DNA of 34,233 nucleotides from Candidatus Krumholzibacteriia bacterium (GTDB taxonomy: Bacteria; Krumholzibacteriota; Krumholzibacteriia; LZORAL124-64-63). A program made the position numbers and the translations under genes. The DNA lies in assembly GCA_046484865.1 (NCBI GenBank), contig JAWOID010000023.1, positions 1-34,233 of the forward strand, read 5' to 3'. Shown piece by piece: positions 13,297 through 24,382 of this stretch (position 1 is the stretch's first letter; each line of letters opens with the position of its first letter). Under the pieces are notes generated by a model, which was not told the origin of the DNA, ran no database searches, and was given only the letters and a program-made list of their open reading frames with translations.

Positions 13297-13393
13297 ACGA
13301 GGTACTCAGGCCCCAGCGACCAGGTTCACTGGGCCCGTGCGCAGCGGCGCGCCCACGGCGGCGCGACCGCCGGTAAGCAGAAAGGAGCCATCC

Positions 13394-13762
13394 GTGGCAC
13401 GAATCGCCGGCGTGGACATCCCCAACGACAAGCGGGTCGCCACGTCCCTGACCTACATCTACGGCATCGGACCGCACCGGGCGCAGCAGATCTGCACCAA
13501 GGCGGACATCGATCCCGAGACGAAGACCCGCGATCTGACGGAGGAGCAGAGCCGTCGGATCATCGGGATCATCGACAAGGATTTCCAGGTCGAGGGTACG
13601 CTGCGGACCGAGACCAGCATGAACATCCAGCGGCTGATGGACATCGGCAGCTACCGGGGGCTCCGCCACCGGCGCAAGCTGCCGGTGCGCGGCCAGAATA
13701 CCAAGAACAACGCCCGCACGCGCAAGGGCCCGCGCACGCGCCCGGGTGCCAAGAAGAAGTAG
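13394..13762 (+). CDS. rpsM: 30S ribosomal protein S13
   Basis: GTG start after [31 protein letters not shown]...LPVRGQ motifs. Confidence 0.99.
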   Translation: MARIAGVDIPNDKRVATSLTYIYGIGPHRAQQICTKADIDPETKTRDLTEEQSRRIIGIIDKDFQVEGTLRTETSMNIQRLMDIGSYRGLRHRRKLPVRGQNTKNNARTRKGPRTRPGAKKK

Positions 13763-13780
13763 CGCAAGAGGAGGACGAGC

Positions 13781-14179
13781 TTGGCAGCGGAGAAGAAGGG
13801 CAAGGCCCGCAAGGCGAAGAAGAAGAAGCTCGACTCGCTGGGCGTGGCCCACATCAAGTCCAGCTTCAACAACACCATCGTGACCATCACGGATCTCCAG
13901 GGGAACACCATCACCTGGTCGTCCGGCGGTCACCAGGGGCGCTACAAGGGTAGCCGCAAGAGCACGGCCTTCGCGGCCCAGCTGGCGGCCCGTTTCTGCG
14001 CCCAGGAAGTCCTCGCCGGCGGCATGCGCAAGGTCGAGGTCTGGATCAAGGGCCCGGGGTCGGGCCGGGAAGCCGCCATCCGCAGCCTGCGGGCCGAGGG
14101 CCTGGACGTGTCGCGGATCAAGGACAACACGGCGATCCCGCACAACGGCTGCAGGCCCAAGAAGCGGCGCCGGCTCTAG
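13781..14179 (+). CDS. rpsK: 30S ribosomal protein S11
   Basis: [36 protein letters not shown] motifs; TTG start. Confidence 0.99.
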   Translation: MAAEKKGKARKAKKKKLDSLGVAHIKSSFNNTIVTITDLQGNTITWSSGGHQGRYKGSRKSTAFAAQLAARFCAQEVLAGGMRKVEVWIKGPGSGREAAIRSLRAEGLDVSRIKDNTAIPHNGCRPKKRRRL

Positions 14180-14259
14180 TCAGCCGCCGCTCGCCGGTTC
14201 GAATCACGACGAGACCGCAGCCGGGCCGCCGGCCCGAGCTGCCAGGAGGTTAGCCGAGA

Positions 14260-14892
14260 ATGGCCAGGTACACCGAGGCGAAGTGCAAGCTTTGCCGCCG
14301 CGAGGGGATGAAGCTGTTTCTCAAGGGCGAGCGCTGCTACTCGAGCAGCTGCGCCATCGAGCGCCGGCCGTATGCGCCGGGCGAGCATGGCCGTCGCCGC
14401 GGGCGTAAACCCTCGGACTACAAGCTCCAGCTGCGGGAAAAGCAGAAAGTCCGTTCGATCTACGGAGTTCTGGAGCGGCAGTTCCGCCTCTACTATGCCG
14501 AGGCGAACCGCAAGTCCGGGCCGACCGGTGAGAACCTGTTCAACATCCTCGAGAAGCGGCTCGACAACGTGATCTACCGGCTGGGGTTCGCGCCTTCCCG
14601 CGCGGCCGCGCGCCAGCTCGTGCGCCACAAGCACGTCCTCGTGGAGGGGCGGGTCTGCGACATCCCCAGCCGCGAGGTGCGTGTGGGGCAGATGGTGTCC
14701 GTTCGCGAGAAGAGCCACAACATCCCCGTCATCCGCGATGCGCTGAAGGACAATGCCAAGCGGGAGCGGCTGCCGTTCGTCGAGGCGGACGAGAAGAAGC
14801 TGGAGGGCCGCCTGGTGGGCGAGCCGCAGCTCAGCGATCTGCCGATCCCGATCCAGGAGAACCTGATCGTGGAGCTCTACTCGAAGGTCTAA
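14260..14892 (+). CDS. rpsD: 30S ribosomal protein S4
   Basis: MARYT...CKLCRRE, QLREKQK, LEKRLDNV, LIVELYSK motifs. Confidence 0.99.
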   Translation: MARYTEAKCKLCRREGMKLFLKGERCYSSSCAIERRPYAPGEHGRRRGRKPSDYKLQLREKQKVRSIYGVLERQFRLYYAEANRKSGPTGENLFNILEKRLDNVIYRLGFAPSRAAARQLVRHKHVLVEGRVCDIPSREVRVGQMVSVREKSHNIPVIRDALKDNAKRERLPFVEADEKKLEGRLVGEPQLSDLPIPIQENLIVELYSKV

Positions 14893-14926
14893 TGGCAGCG
14901 GCTCGAGCGGAAGGGATGCAGCGGAC

Positions 14927-15925
14927 ATGAAGTGGGTCAACATGTTGATGCCCGAGGGCGTCAAGATCAACAAGGAAACCCAGGAGACCAACTACGCCGA
15001 GCTGGAGATCTCCCCGCTCGAGCGCGGCTTCGGTCACACCCTGGGCAACGCCTTGCGGCGGAGCTTGCTCTCCTCCATCCACGGACACGCGATCACGGCC
15101 GCGCAGATCGAGGGCGTGAAGCACGAGCTCAGCGCGCTGCCGTTCGTGCTCGAGGACGTCACGGACATCGTGCTGAACCTCAAGGGCGTGGTGTTCGGGA
15201 TGACCGACGCGCCGGCGCACTGGGCCACGCTGGAGAGCAGCGAGCCCGGACCGGTGACCGCCGGGATGATCAACGGCCACCCCGAGCTGACGATCGTCAA
15301 CCCGGACCACGTGATCTGCAACGTGACGGACACCGGCACGTTCTCCGCGCGGCTGTACATCGACATGGGCCGCGGCTACGTGGACCGCGAGTCGCACGAG
15401 ATCCCCGACGAGGTCATCGGCGTCATCCGGATGGACACGAACTTCTCCCCGATCCGCAAGGTGGCCTACCGGGTGCAGGACACGCGGGTGGGTCAGCGGA
15501 CGGACTACGACAAGCTCGTCATCGAGATCCACACCAACGGCTCGGTGCGGCCCGAGGACGCGGTGGGATTCGCGTCCAAGATCCTCAAGGATCACTTCCA
15601 GATGTTCATCAACTTCGACGAGGCGCCCATCGACGCGCAGGAGGCGGAGGTCGACGAGGAGCAGGAGCGTCTCGTCGAGCTGCTGTCGCGCAACGTGGAG
15701 GAGCTGGAGCTTTCGGTGCGCTCGGCGAACTGTCTGAAGTCCGGCAACATCCATTCCCTCTACGATCTGGTGAGCCGGTCGGAGCAGGAGATGTTGAAGT
15801 TCCGCAACTTCGGGCGCAAGAGCCTCAACGAGATCCAGGAGATCCTGGACGGAATGAACCTCCACTTCGGCATGATCTTCGATCCGGATATCGTCGAGCG
15901 GATCAACGCCAAGGTCAGCGACTAG
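14927..15925 (+). CDS. rpoA: DNA-directed RNA polymerase subunit alpha
   Basis: [50 protein letters not shown] motifs. Confidence 0.99.
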   Translation: MKWVNMLMPEGVKINKETQETNYAELEISPLERGFGHTLGNALRRSLLSSIHGHAITAAQIEGVKHELSALPFVLEDVTDIVLNLKGVVFGMTDAPAHWATLESSEPGPVTAGMINGHPELTIVNPDHVICNVTDTGTFSARLYIDMGRGYVDRESHEIPDEVIGVIRMDTNFSPIRKVAYRVQDTRVGQRTDYDKLVIEIHTNGSVRPEDAVGFASKILKDHFQMFINFDEAPIDAQEAEVDEEQERLVELLSRNVEELELSVRSANCLKSGNIHSLYDLVSRSEQEMLKFRNFGRKSLNEIQEILDGMNLHFGMIFDPDIVERINAKVSD

Positions 15926-15978
15926 GATCGTCCGCCGGCGGCCTGCGCCGCCCGCCGCGGACCGAGGAAGGACGAACG

Positions 15979-16554
15979 ATGCGTCACAACGTCAGTGGGC
16001 GGAAGCTGGGCCGCAGCGCGTCCCATCGCCGCATGCTATACCGCAACCTGGTGACCGCGCTCTTCGAGCACGAGCGGATCCAGACCACGGTTCCCAAGGC
16101 GAAGGAGGCGCGTTCCCTGGCGGAGAAGCTGATCACCTTCGCCAAGCGCGGTGACCTCCATGCGCGGCGCCAGGCGGCGCGGAAGATCAACGATCCGGCC
16201 GTGGTGCAGAAGCTGTTCGACGTGATCGGACCGCGCTTCGCCGAGCGTCCGGGCGGCTACACCCGCATCCTGCGCCTGTCGGGCGGCCGCAAGGGCGACA
16301 ACGCCGAGCTGGCCATCCTCGAGCTGGTGGACAACACGGTGCGCCCGAAGGTGGTGGACACCAAGAAGCGCAAGCGGGCGCGTCGTGTCCTCGAGGCCGA
16401 GGAGAGGGCCGAGGCGAAGGCTGCCCTGCAGGAGGCCGCCGATGAGCGTGCGCAGGACGAGCGCGCGGCCCAGGAGGCGGACGAGGCTGCCGCCGATCAG
16501 GCTCCCGAGGAGCAGGCTCCCGAGGGCGAGGGCGAGGGCGAGAAGAAGGAGTGA
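15979..16554 (+). CDS. rplQ: 50S ribosomal protein L17 with charged C-terminal extension
   Basis: [26 protein letters not shown] motifs; true start is ATG 15979 inside a longer ORF. Confidence 0.99.
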   Translation: MRHNVSGRKLGRSASHRRMLYRNLVTALFEHERIQTTVPKAKEARSLAEKLITFAKRGDLHARRQAARKINDPAVVQKLFDVIGPRFAERPGGYTRILRLSGGRKGDNAELAILELVDNTVRPKVVDTKKRKRARRVLEAEERAEAKAALQEAADERAQDERAAQEADEAAADQAPEEQAPEGEGEGEKKE

Positions 16555-16618
16555 CGCGGCGCCGGCCCCGGTGCCCGCCGCTCGCGTCCCGTTCGATCCC
16601 CGCCGCCAGGCTACAGTG

Positions 16619-16653
16619 CGCAGAGCCCTCGCCGGTGCGGCGGGGGCTCTGCG
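16619..16653 (+). terminator. Strong hairpin closing the ribosomal superoperon (terminator-like, no U-tract)
   Basis: CGCAGAGCCCTCGCCG-gtg-CGGCGGGGGCTCTGCG: 16-bp stem with one G-U pair, 64 nt after the rplQ stop. Confidence 0.6.
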
Positions 16654-16680
16654 ATCGTCGAGACTGGACGCCGCCCGCGC

Positions 16681-16709
16681 TTGAAAACCGTATCGGATTG
16701 GCCTAGCTT
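16681..16709 (+). promoter_or_regulatory. Putative sigma70 promoter for fabH and the ABC locus
   Basis: TTGAAA-N17-TAGCTT in an AT-richer patch about 100 nt upstream of fabH. Confidence 0.55.
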
Positions 16710-16807
16710 CTCCTGCGTGCGGCCCCGCACCGGCGGATCCCGCAGGACATGACTCCAAGCCGCGGGCCGACGCCCCGGCGATCCTCCCCCGACCCGAAGG
16801 ACGAGGT

Positions 16808-17839
<1,032 letters not shown>

Positions 17840-17876
17840 CCCCACGGGGCCGCGGCAGTCCAGGCGGGGTGGCGGC

Positions 17877-18949
<1,073 letters not shown>

Positions 18950-18953
<4 letters not shown>

Positions 18954-21154
18954 GAGCCGTCGTCGCCATCGCCCGGCGCGAGTTCCGCGCGTTCCGGCAC
19001 AGCACGATGGCACCGGTGCTGCTCACCGCCTTCCTGGTGATGAGCGGGCTCTGGTTCACTCTCTTCGTCTTCGGCTACAGCGACACCTCGCGGGTCGCCC
19101 TGACCAGCGGCCGCGGCGGCGGCTACCTGAACCTCACCGAGGGCATCTTCCAGCCGTTGCTCAGGGACATGGTGTTCTTCCTGGTGCTGCTGCTGCCGGC
19201 GGTCACGATGAGGCTGGTGGCGTCCGAGTACCGCTCCCGGCGCTACGACCTGATCGGCACCTGGCCCGTGCGGGACGCCGCCTGGATGCTGGGGAAGTGG
19301 CTGTCGGCCGTGCTGGTGGCGGCGCTGCTGGTGGCGTCGACGGTGGTCTACTTCCTGGTCGTGGCGCTCATGGGTAAGCCGGAGCCGGCGCCCATGCTGG
19401 TGGCCGCCACCGGCGTCCTGCTGCTGGGGGCGACGCTGGCCGCCTGGGGCACTGCCTTCTCGGCGATGGTGGGTCACCAGCTGGTGGCGTACCTGCTGAC
19501 CTTCGCCGCGGCGCTGGTGCTGCTGCTCGTCGGCCTGCTGGAGCCGCACGTGCCGCGCTGGGCGGTGCCCGTGGTGAGGGAGCTGTCGCTGCCGGACCAC
19601 GTGGACCGTTTTTCGCGCGGCATCCTCGACAGTCGCGACCTGGTCTACCTGTCGTCGCTCCTGATCCTCGGTCTCTTCGTGGGCACCCAGGCGCTGGCGG
19701 CGCAACGGCTCGGGCTGCGGCGGCGCCTGGCCCGCGTGGGGCCCATCGTGGTGGTGGCGTTGCTGGCGATCGCGGCCGTGCTGCTGGCCGCCCGCTATCC
19801 GGTCAGCCTCGACGTGACCCCCGACCGGCGCTACAGCCTGGCGCCGCAGACGCTGCAGGTGCTGCGCACCCTCGACACCGGCCGCGACCTGCTGGCCGGA
19901 CCGGAGGCCACGCCCGCTGCGGGCGAGCGGCCGCCGGCGGACGCCGCCGGCGCGACGGCCGCGGTCGACCGCATCGAGGTGGTGGCCTTCTACCAGACGG
20001 CAGACCCCGCGCGCAAGCGCATCGAGGTCCTGCTGCGGGCGTTCGCCGAGCGCAGCCGGCGCGTCGACTTCGAGATCCTCGACCCGGAACGCTTCCCCGA
20101 GCGGGTCCGGGAACTGGGGGTGGATGTCACCCGCACGGTGGTGGTGACGGCCGGCGACCGGGGTTTGCACCTGCTGTCCCCCGGCGAGAGCGAGCTGGCG
20201 AGTGCCGTCTACCGGCTCGTCACGCAGACCCGGCCGCGGCTCTACCACGTCCAGGGGCACGGTGAGCATCTGCTCGACAGCCAGGAGGTGGGCGGCTACT
20301 CGCAGTACGAGCAGTTGCTGCGCTCCCAGGGCTACGACGTGCTGCCGTTGATGCTCGCCGACCGGCCGGAGATCCCTCCTGCGGCCGACCTCGTCGTGCT
20401 GGCCGGGCCCCGCCTGACGCCGGCCGCGGCCGAGCTGGCCGCTCTCGACGATTACCTCGAGCGCGGCGGCGCGGTGCTGGCCATGCTGGATCCGCAAACT
20501 CCCGCGGAGGTGGCGCGGTGGTCCACCCGCTACGGCGTGCGGCCGCTGGGCGACGTGCTCGTGTCCGCCGATCGTGCGAACCAGCATTTCGGGGTGGGCG
20601 CACGCACCATCGTCGTCTACGACAGCTACGGGGAGCATCCCGTCACGCGCGGGCTGGACGAGGTGGTGACGCTGTTCCCCCTGGCCCAGGGGCTGGGCTT
20701 CGAGGAGGCCGAGGTGGACGGGGTGGAGGGCCACGCGTTCCTGCTCACGAGCCAGTCCAGCTGGTCGGAACGGGAGCCCGATCAGCAGTTCTCGGGCCGC
20801 GCCGAGTTCACTCCCGGCGTGGACCGCGCCGGTCCGTTGCCCTTCGGCGTGGCCCTGGAGATCTCCCGCGACGACGGGCATCCGGCGCGCCTGGTGGTGA
20901 TGGGCAACAGCGAGTTCGCCTCCAACGCCAATCTGGGCCTCTACGGCAACCGGGACCTGCTGCTGAACATGGTCGGCTGGCTGGGCCGCGAGGAGCCCCT
21001 GGTCCAGTTGCGGGGACGCGACCTCATCAGCCAGCCGGTGGTTCTCACGGCACCGCAGAAGCAGCTTCTGGGCTGGGGCACGGTGGTGGCGTGGCCGCTA
21101 CTCGTGGGGGCGGGCGCGCTGGTCTCGGTGCTCCGGCACCGGCGCCGTCACTGA
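18950..21154 (+). CDS. Fused ABC-2 permease (GldF-like) and GldG-like auxiliary component
   Basis: ATGA overlap with the ATPase; IARREF, LPAVTMRL..E, GKW, RGILDSRDLVY (GldF-like); then LDVTPDRRYSL, GHGEH, VLAGPR, NRDLLLN..WL and a C-terminal TM helix (GldG-like). Confidence 0.85.
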
Positions 21155-21173
21155 CGAACGGAAGGGAACCGGA

Positions 21174-22664
21174 ATGAGTCGGGGCCGGTGGGCGGTGCTC
21201 GGTTGGGTCCTGCTGGGGGCCGTGGCGGTGGCCGCGATCGTGATGCTCACGCGCCCGGACGCTCCCGATCCGGCGCGGCGCGGTCCGCTGCTGCCCATGG
21301 CGCCGCAGGAGATCGTGCGGGTGGAGCAGGTCGCGCTCGAAGGGCGGCACGTCCTTTCCTGGCAGACGGGTGCTGCGCAGTGGGCGCTCACGGGCCCTGC
21401 GGCAGATTTCGTCCACGCGCCCGCGGTGGAAGCGTTCCTCGCAACCGTCGCGGCCGCCACGGTGGGGCCGGTGATCCCCGGCACCGAGGCGCGCGACCCC
21501 CGCTACGGCTTCGGCGGTCCGGCCGCTCTGGAGATGGTGATCGCCGGCGCCGGCGGACGGACCGTCCGCTTCGAGGTCGGGGACGTCAATCCCGTCACCG
21601 GGCTCGTGTACGTCACGGGAGCGGGTCGGCCGGCGGTCTTCACGGTCGCGCGCGAGTTGCGCCAGGCGCTGGAGAGCTTCCCGACGAGCGTGCGCCTGCC
21701 GACGTTGCTCCCCGTGGGCACGCGGCACCGGGTCACCGCCCTGCGGGTGTCGGGACTCGGCGGAACGCCCCGTTCCTTCGTGCAGCACGCCGGCCGATGG
21801 TGGCTGCAGGCGCCGCAGGAGGGGCTGGCGAACTTCTCACGACCGGCGCGCACGTATCACGACACCTACGGCGATCGCCGGGTCCGGTTCGCGGGGCACG
21901 ACTGGTACCTGGCCAGCCGACGTGCCCTGGAGAGCTTGCTGTACGAGGTCACCGAATCGCCGGTGCTGGAATTTCCCGCGGCGGCCCTCGACGAGGCCGG
22001 GCTCGCCGCGGCGGGACTGGAGCCGCCACGACGCCGGGCCGAACTGGTGCTGGCGGGGGGCGACACCACCTGGACGGTGGATCTCGGCGAGCCTCGCGGG
22101 CAGCGTCTGTGGGCGCGGCGCGAGGGCCGGACGGTGGTCACCGACGCCAGCGCGCTCGGGGCGATCGAGCTGCCCACGTCCGACCTGCTCGACCTCGGCG
22201 CGCTCTCCTTCCGGCTCGCCGCCGCCGATTCCTTCCAGCTCGACGGACCCAGCGGACCCGTGCTTCACGTCCGGCGGGCGCCGGGCACCCGCGCCGGCTG
22301 GCGGGTGACCGTCCCGCCCGGGCTGCGCCTGTCCGTCGCCCAGGAACGCGCCGATCTGGTGACCGCTGACCTGGTCGTCGACCTGGACCGGCTCCCGACG
22401 CTTGCGGTGCTGCCGCCGCTGGATCGATCGCCCGTGGCCGAGGACCAGGGTTTCCGGCTGCGTGCCTGGGGGCAGGAGGACGGTCTGGCGGGAATGTCGG
22501 AGCTGTGCTTCGGGCCGGCACTGCCCGAGATCGCGGACCTGCTGGCGGGGGAAGCGGGGACACCCGCGGCGGCGGTCGTGCACCAGCCGTCCACCGGCTG
22601 GACGCTGCAGGTGCCCGGGGAGATCCTGGTCACCTACCGTGCCCTGCGTCCCTTCTACCGCTGA
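21174..22664 (+). CDS. Membrane-anchored DUF4340-like protein
   Basis: N-terminal hydrophobic anchor; repeated YGF/AGL..P and VGD.NP...Y segments; typical position after GldG-type genes. Confidence 0.6.
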   Translation: MSRGRWAVLGWVLLGAVAVAAIVMLTRPDAPDPARRGPLLPMAPQEIVRVEQVALEGRHVLSWQTGAAQWALTGPAADFVHAPAVEAFLATVAAATVGPVIPGTEARDPRYGFGGPAALEMVIAGAGGRTVRFEVGDVNPVTGLVYVTGAGRPAVFTVARELRQALESFPTSVRLPTLLPVGTRHRVTALRVSGLGGTPRSFVQHAGRWWLQAPQEGLANFSRPARTYHDTYGDRRVRFAGHDWYLASRRALESLLYEVTESPVLEFPAAALDEAGLAAAGLEPPRRRAELVLAGGDTTWTVDLGEPRGQRLWARREGRTVVTDASALGAIELPTSDLLDLGALSFRLAAADSFQLDGPSGPVLHVRRAPGTRAGWRVTVPPGLRLSVAQERADLVTADLVVDLDRLPTLAVLPPLDRSPVAEDQGFRLRAWGQEDGLAGMSELCFGPALPEIADLLAGEAGTPAAAVVHQPSTGWTLQVPGEILVTYRALRPFYR

Positions 22665-22710
22665 GACGAATGCCGGGCCGGACTGGGCTGGATCCGTCCC
22701 TCCGCCGGCG

Positions 22711-24273
22711 TCAGTGGGCCACGCCGGCGCCCGGGAGTGCGCTTCCCGTCTCCACCCGCTCTTCCGGCGCTTCCTCCGGCTCGCTCGCCAGCGGCGGCAG
22801 CGCGGGCGGGCGCATCATGCTCGCCATCACCGCGCGCGGATCGACGCGCGGCGGCGCCGGTTCGGCCACGGCCCACAGCGGCGCGCGCGAACACACCTCG
22901 GGCATGGTCGACAGGGCATCCTCCCAGCGTGCCACCAGCGCCACGAACGCGTCGCGGTCACCGTCGCCCACCGGCTCTGCCGACGGCAGTTTCAGCGTGC
23001 GCGGATTCACCCAGGAGCCGTTGCGCTGGATCCGGAAGTCCAGGTGCGGGCCGGTGGCATAGCCGGTGGCACCCACGAATCCGATGACCTGGCCTTGACT
23101 CACGCGGGCGCCCCTGCGCATGCCGCTGGCGAAGCGGGAGAGGTGCAGGTACCAGCTCTCGTATTCCTGGTTCGTGTGGCGGACGCGGATGTACCGGCCG
23201 TTGCCGGACTTGCGGCCGATCTCGGTGATCACGCCGTCGCCGGCTGCCCAGACGGGGGTCCCCACCGGCGCGGCGTAATCGATGCCCATGTGGGGCATCC
23301 ATCGCTTCAGCACCGGATGGAACCGCCGGTACGAGAACCCGCTGCTGATCCGCGAGTACTCGAGGGGGGCGCGCATGAGCTGCTTCTGCAGGTTGCGGCC
23401 GTCGGCGTCGTAGTAGCCGGAACGATCCTCGGAGTCGGCGAACCGGTAGGCGCGGTGAGACTTGCCGCGGTTGATGCACTCCGCGGCCAGGATCGGCCCC
23501 GTGCGCAGGAACCGTCCGTTCTTCCACACTTCCTGGTAGATCACGCGGAAGGTGTCGCCCTCGCGCAGATCGCGATTGAAGTCGATCTCCCAGCCGAAGA
23601 CGTCGTTCATCTTCGGGGCGAGTTGCAGCGGGGCGCCCGACTCCTGCAGGCTCTCGTACAGCGAACGCTCGATCCGGCCGGCGATGGCCGCCTCTCGACG
23701 CTCCACCGGGTAAGACCCCTGCTCCATCTCGTAGCCGTCACCCACGCGCCGGTACTCCGCCCAGCTCTCGTCGTCGAGGTCGAACCCCAGACGCTCGAGA
23801 CCGCCGTCGAGGTGCTGGCCGATCCAGAAACGATCGCCGCCCTTGACCTTGCCCAGGTTGCGGAACGGCTTGGCGGCCCCCACCACGGCCATGATGTCCG
23901 TGTGCGGCACGCCACGCGCGGCGAGGGCGTCGTAGAAGGTCTCCCTGCGGCCGATGGTGAACTCCAGCCGCTCGGCGAGCGGGGCGGCGCCGGCCGTGCT
24001 GTCGGCCGGAACCTCGTCCAGTCCTGCCGGAGCCGCCAGGTCGAGCGGGATCTCCGGTGGCAGCGATTCCACCGGTCCGCCGCGCCCCGGCGCCGTCTCG
24101 TAGTCGGGATCAGGATTCATCAGCAGAATGCCCAGCATCAGCAGGCCTGCCGCTCCGAAGACGACGGCGGCAGTCAGGATCTTGCGCGGTTGGGAAGCCA
24201 GGGTTCGATCCTTTCGTTGCTGAGAGAGTGCCTTCCGAGGGTTATAATCTGGCGCCTGAGGCGCTGGCTTCAA
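22711..24273 (-). CDS. M23 family peptidoglycan DD-metalloendopeptidase (MepM/OapA-like)
   Basis: N-terminal TM helix, RISSGFS.RRFHPVLK, HMGIDYAAPVGTPV, YLHLS, TGPHLDF; real start may be CTG at 24201. Confidence 0.92.
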   Translation of the reverse strand: MKPAPQAPDYNPRKALSQQRKDRTLASQPRKILTAAVVFGAAGLLMLGILLMNPDPDYETAPGRGGPVESLPPEIPLDLAAPAGLDEVPADSTAGAAPLAERLEFTIGRRETFYDALAARGVPHTDIMAVVGAAKPFRNLGKVKGGDRFWIGQHLDGGLERLGFDLDDESWAEYRRVGDGYEMEQGSYPVERREAAIAGRIERSLYESLQESGAPLQLAPKMNDVFGWEIDFNRDLREGDTFRVIYQEVWKNGRFLRTGPILAAECINRGKSHRAYRFADSEDRSGYYDADGRNLQKQLMRAPLEYSRISSGFSYRRFHPVLKRWMPHMGIDYAAPVGTPVWAAGDGVITEIGRKSGNGRYIRVRHTNQEYESWYLHLSRFASGMRRGARVSQGQVIGFVGATGYATGPHLDFRIQRNGSWVNPRTLKLPSAEPVGDGDRDAFVALVARWEDALSTMPEVCSRAPLWAVAEPAPPRVDPRAVMASMMRPPALPPLASEPEEAPEERVETGSALPGAGVAH

Positions 24274-24382
24274 GGCTTTTCTCGGCCCGGCGGCAGAGCG
24301 TGCCGCAACGCTGCCGGACTGGTCCGGATCCTGCTTGTTCCGGCGGCGCAGCGTCTCCCGAGCCCCGGCCGGAGGTCTTCTC

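Noticed and set aside
14932..15978. Apparent 540-aa ORF fused to L17
   Set aside because: Upstream part is an alternative frame of rpoA; rplQ has its own SD and ATG at 15979
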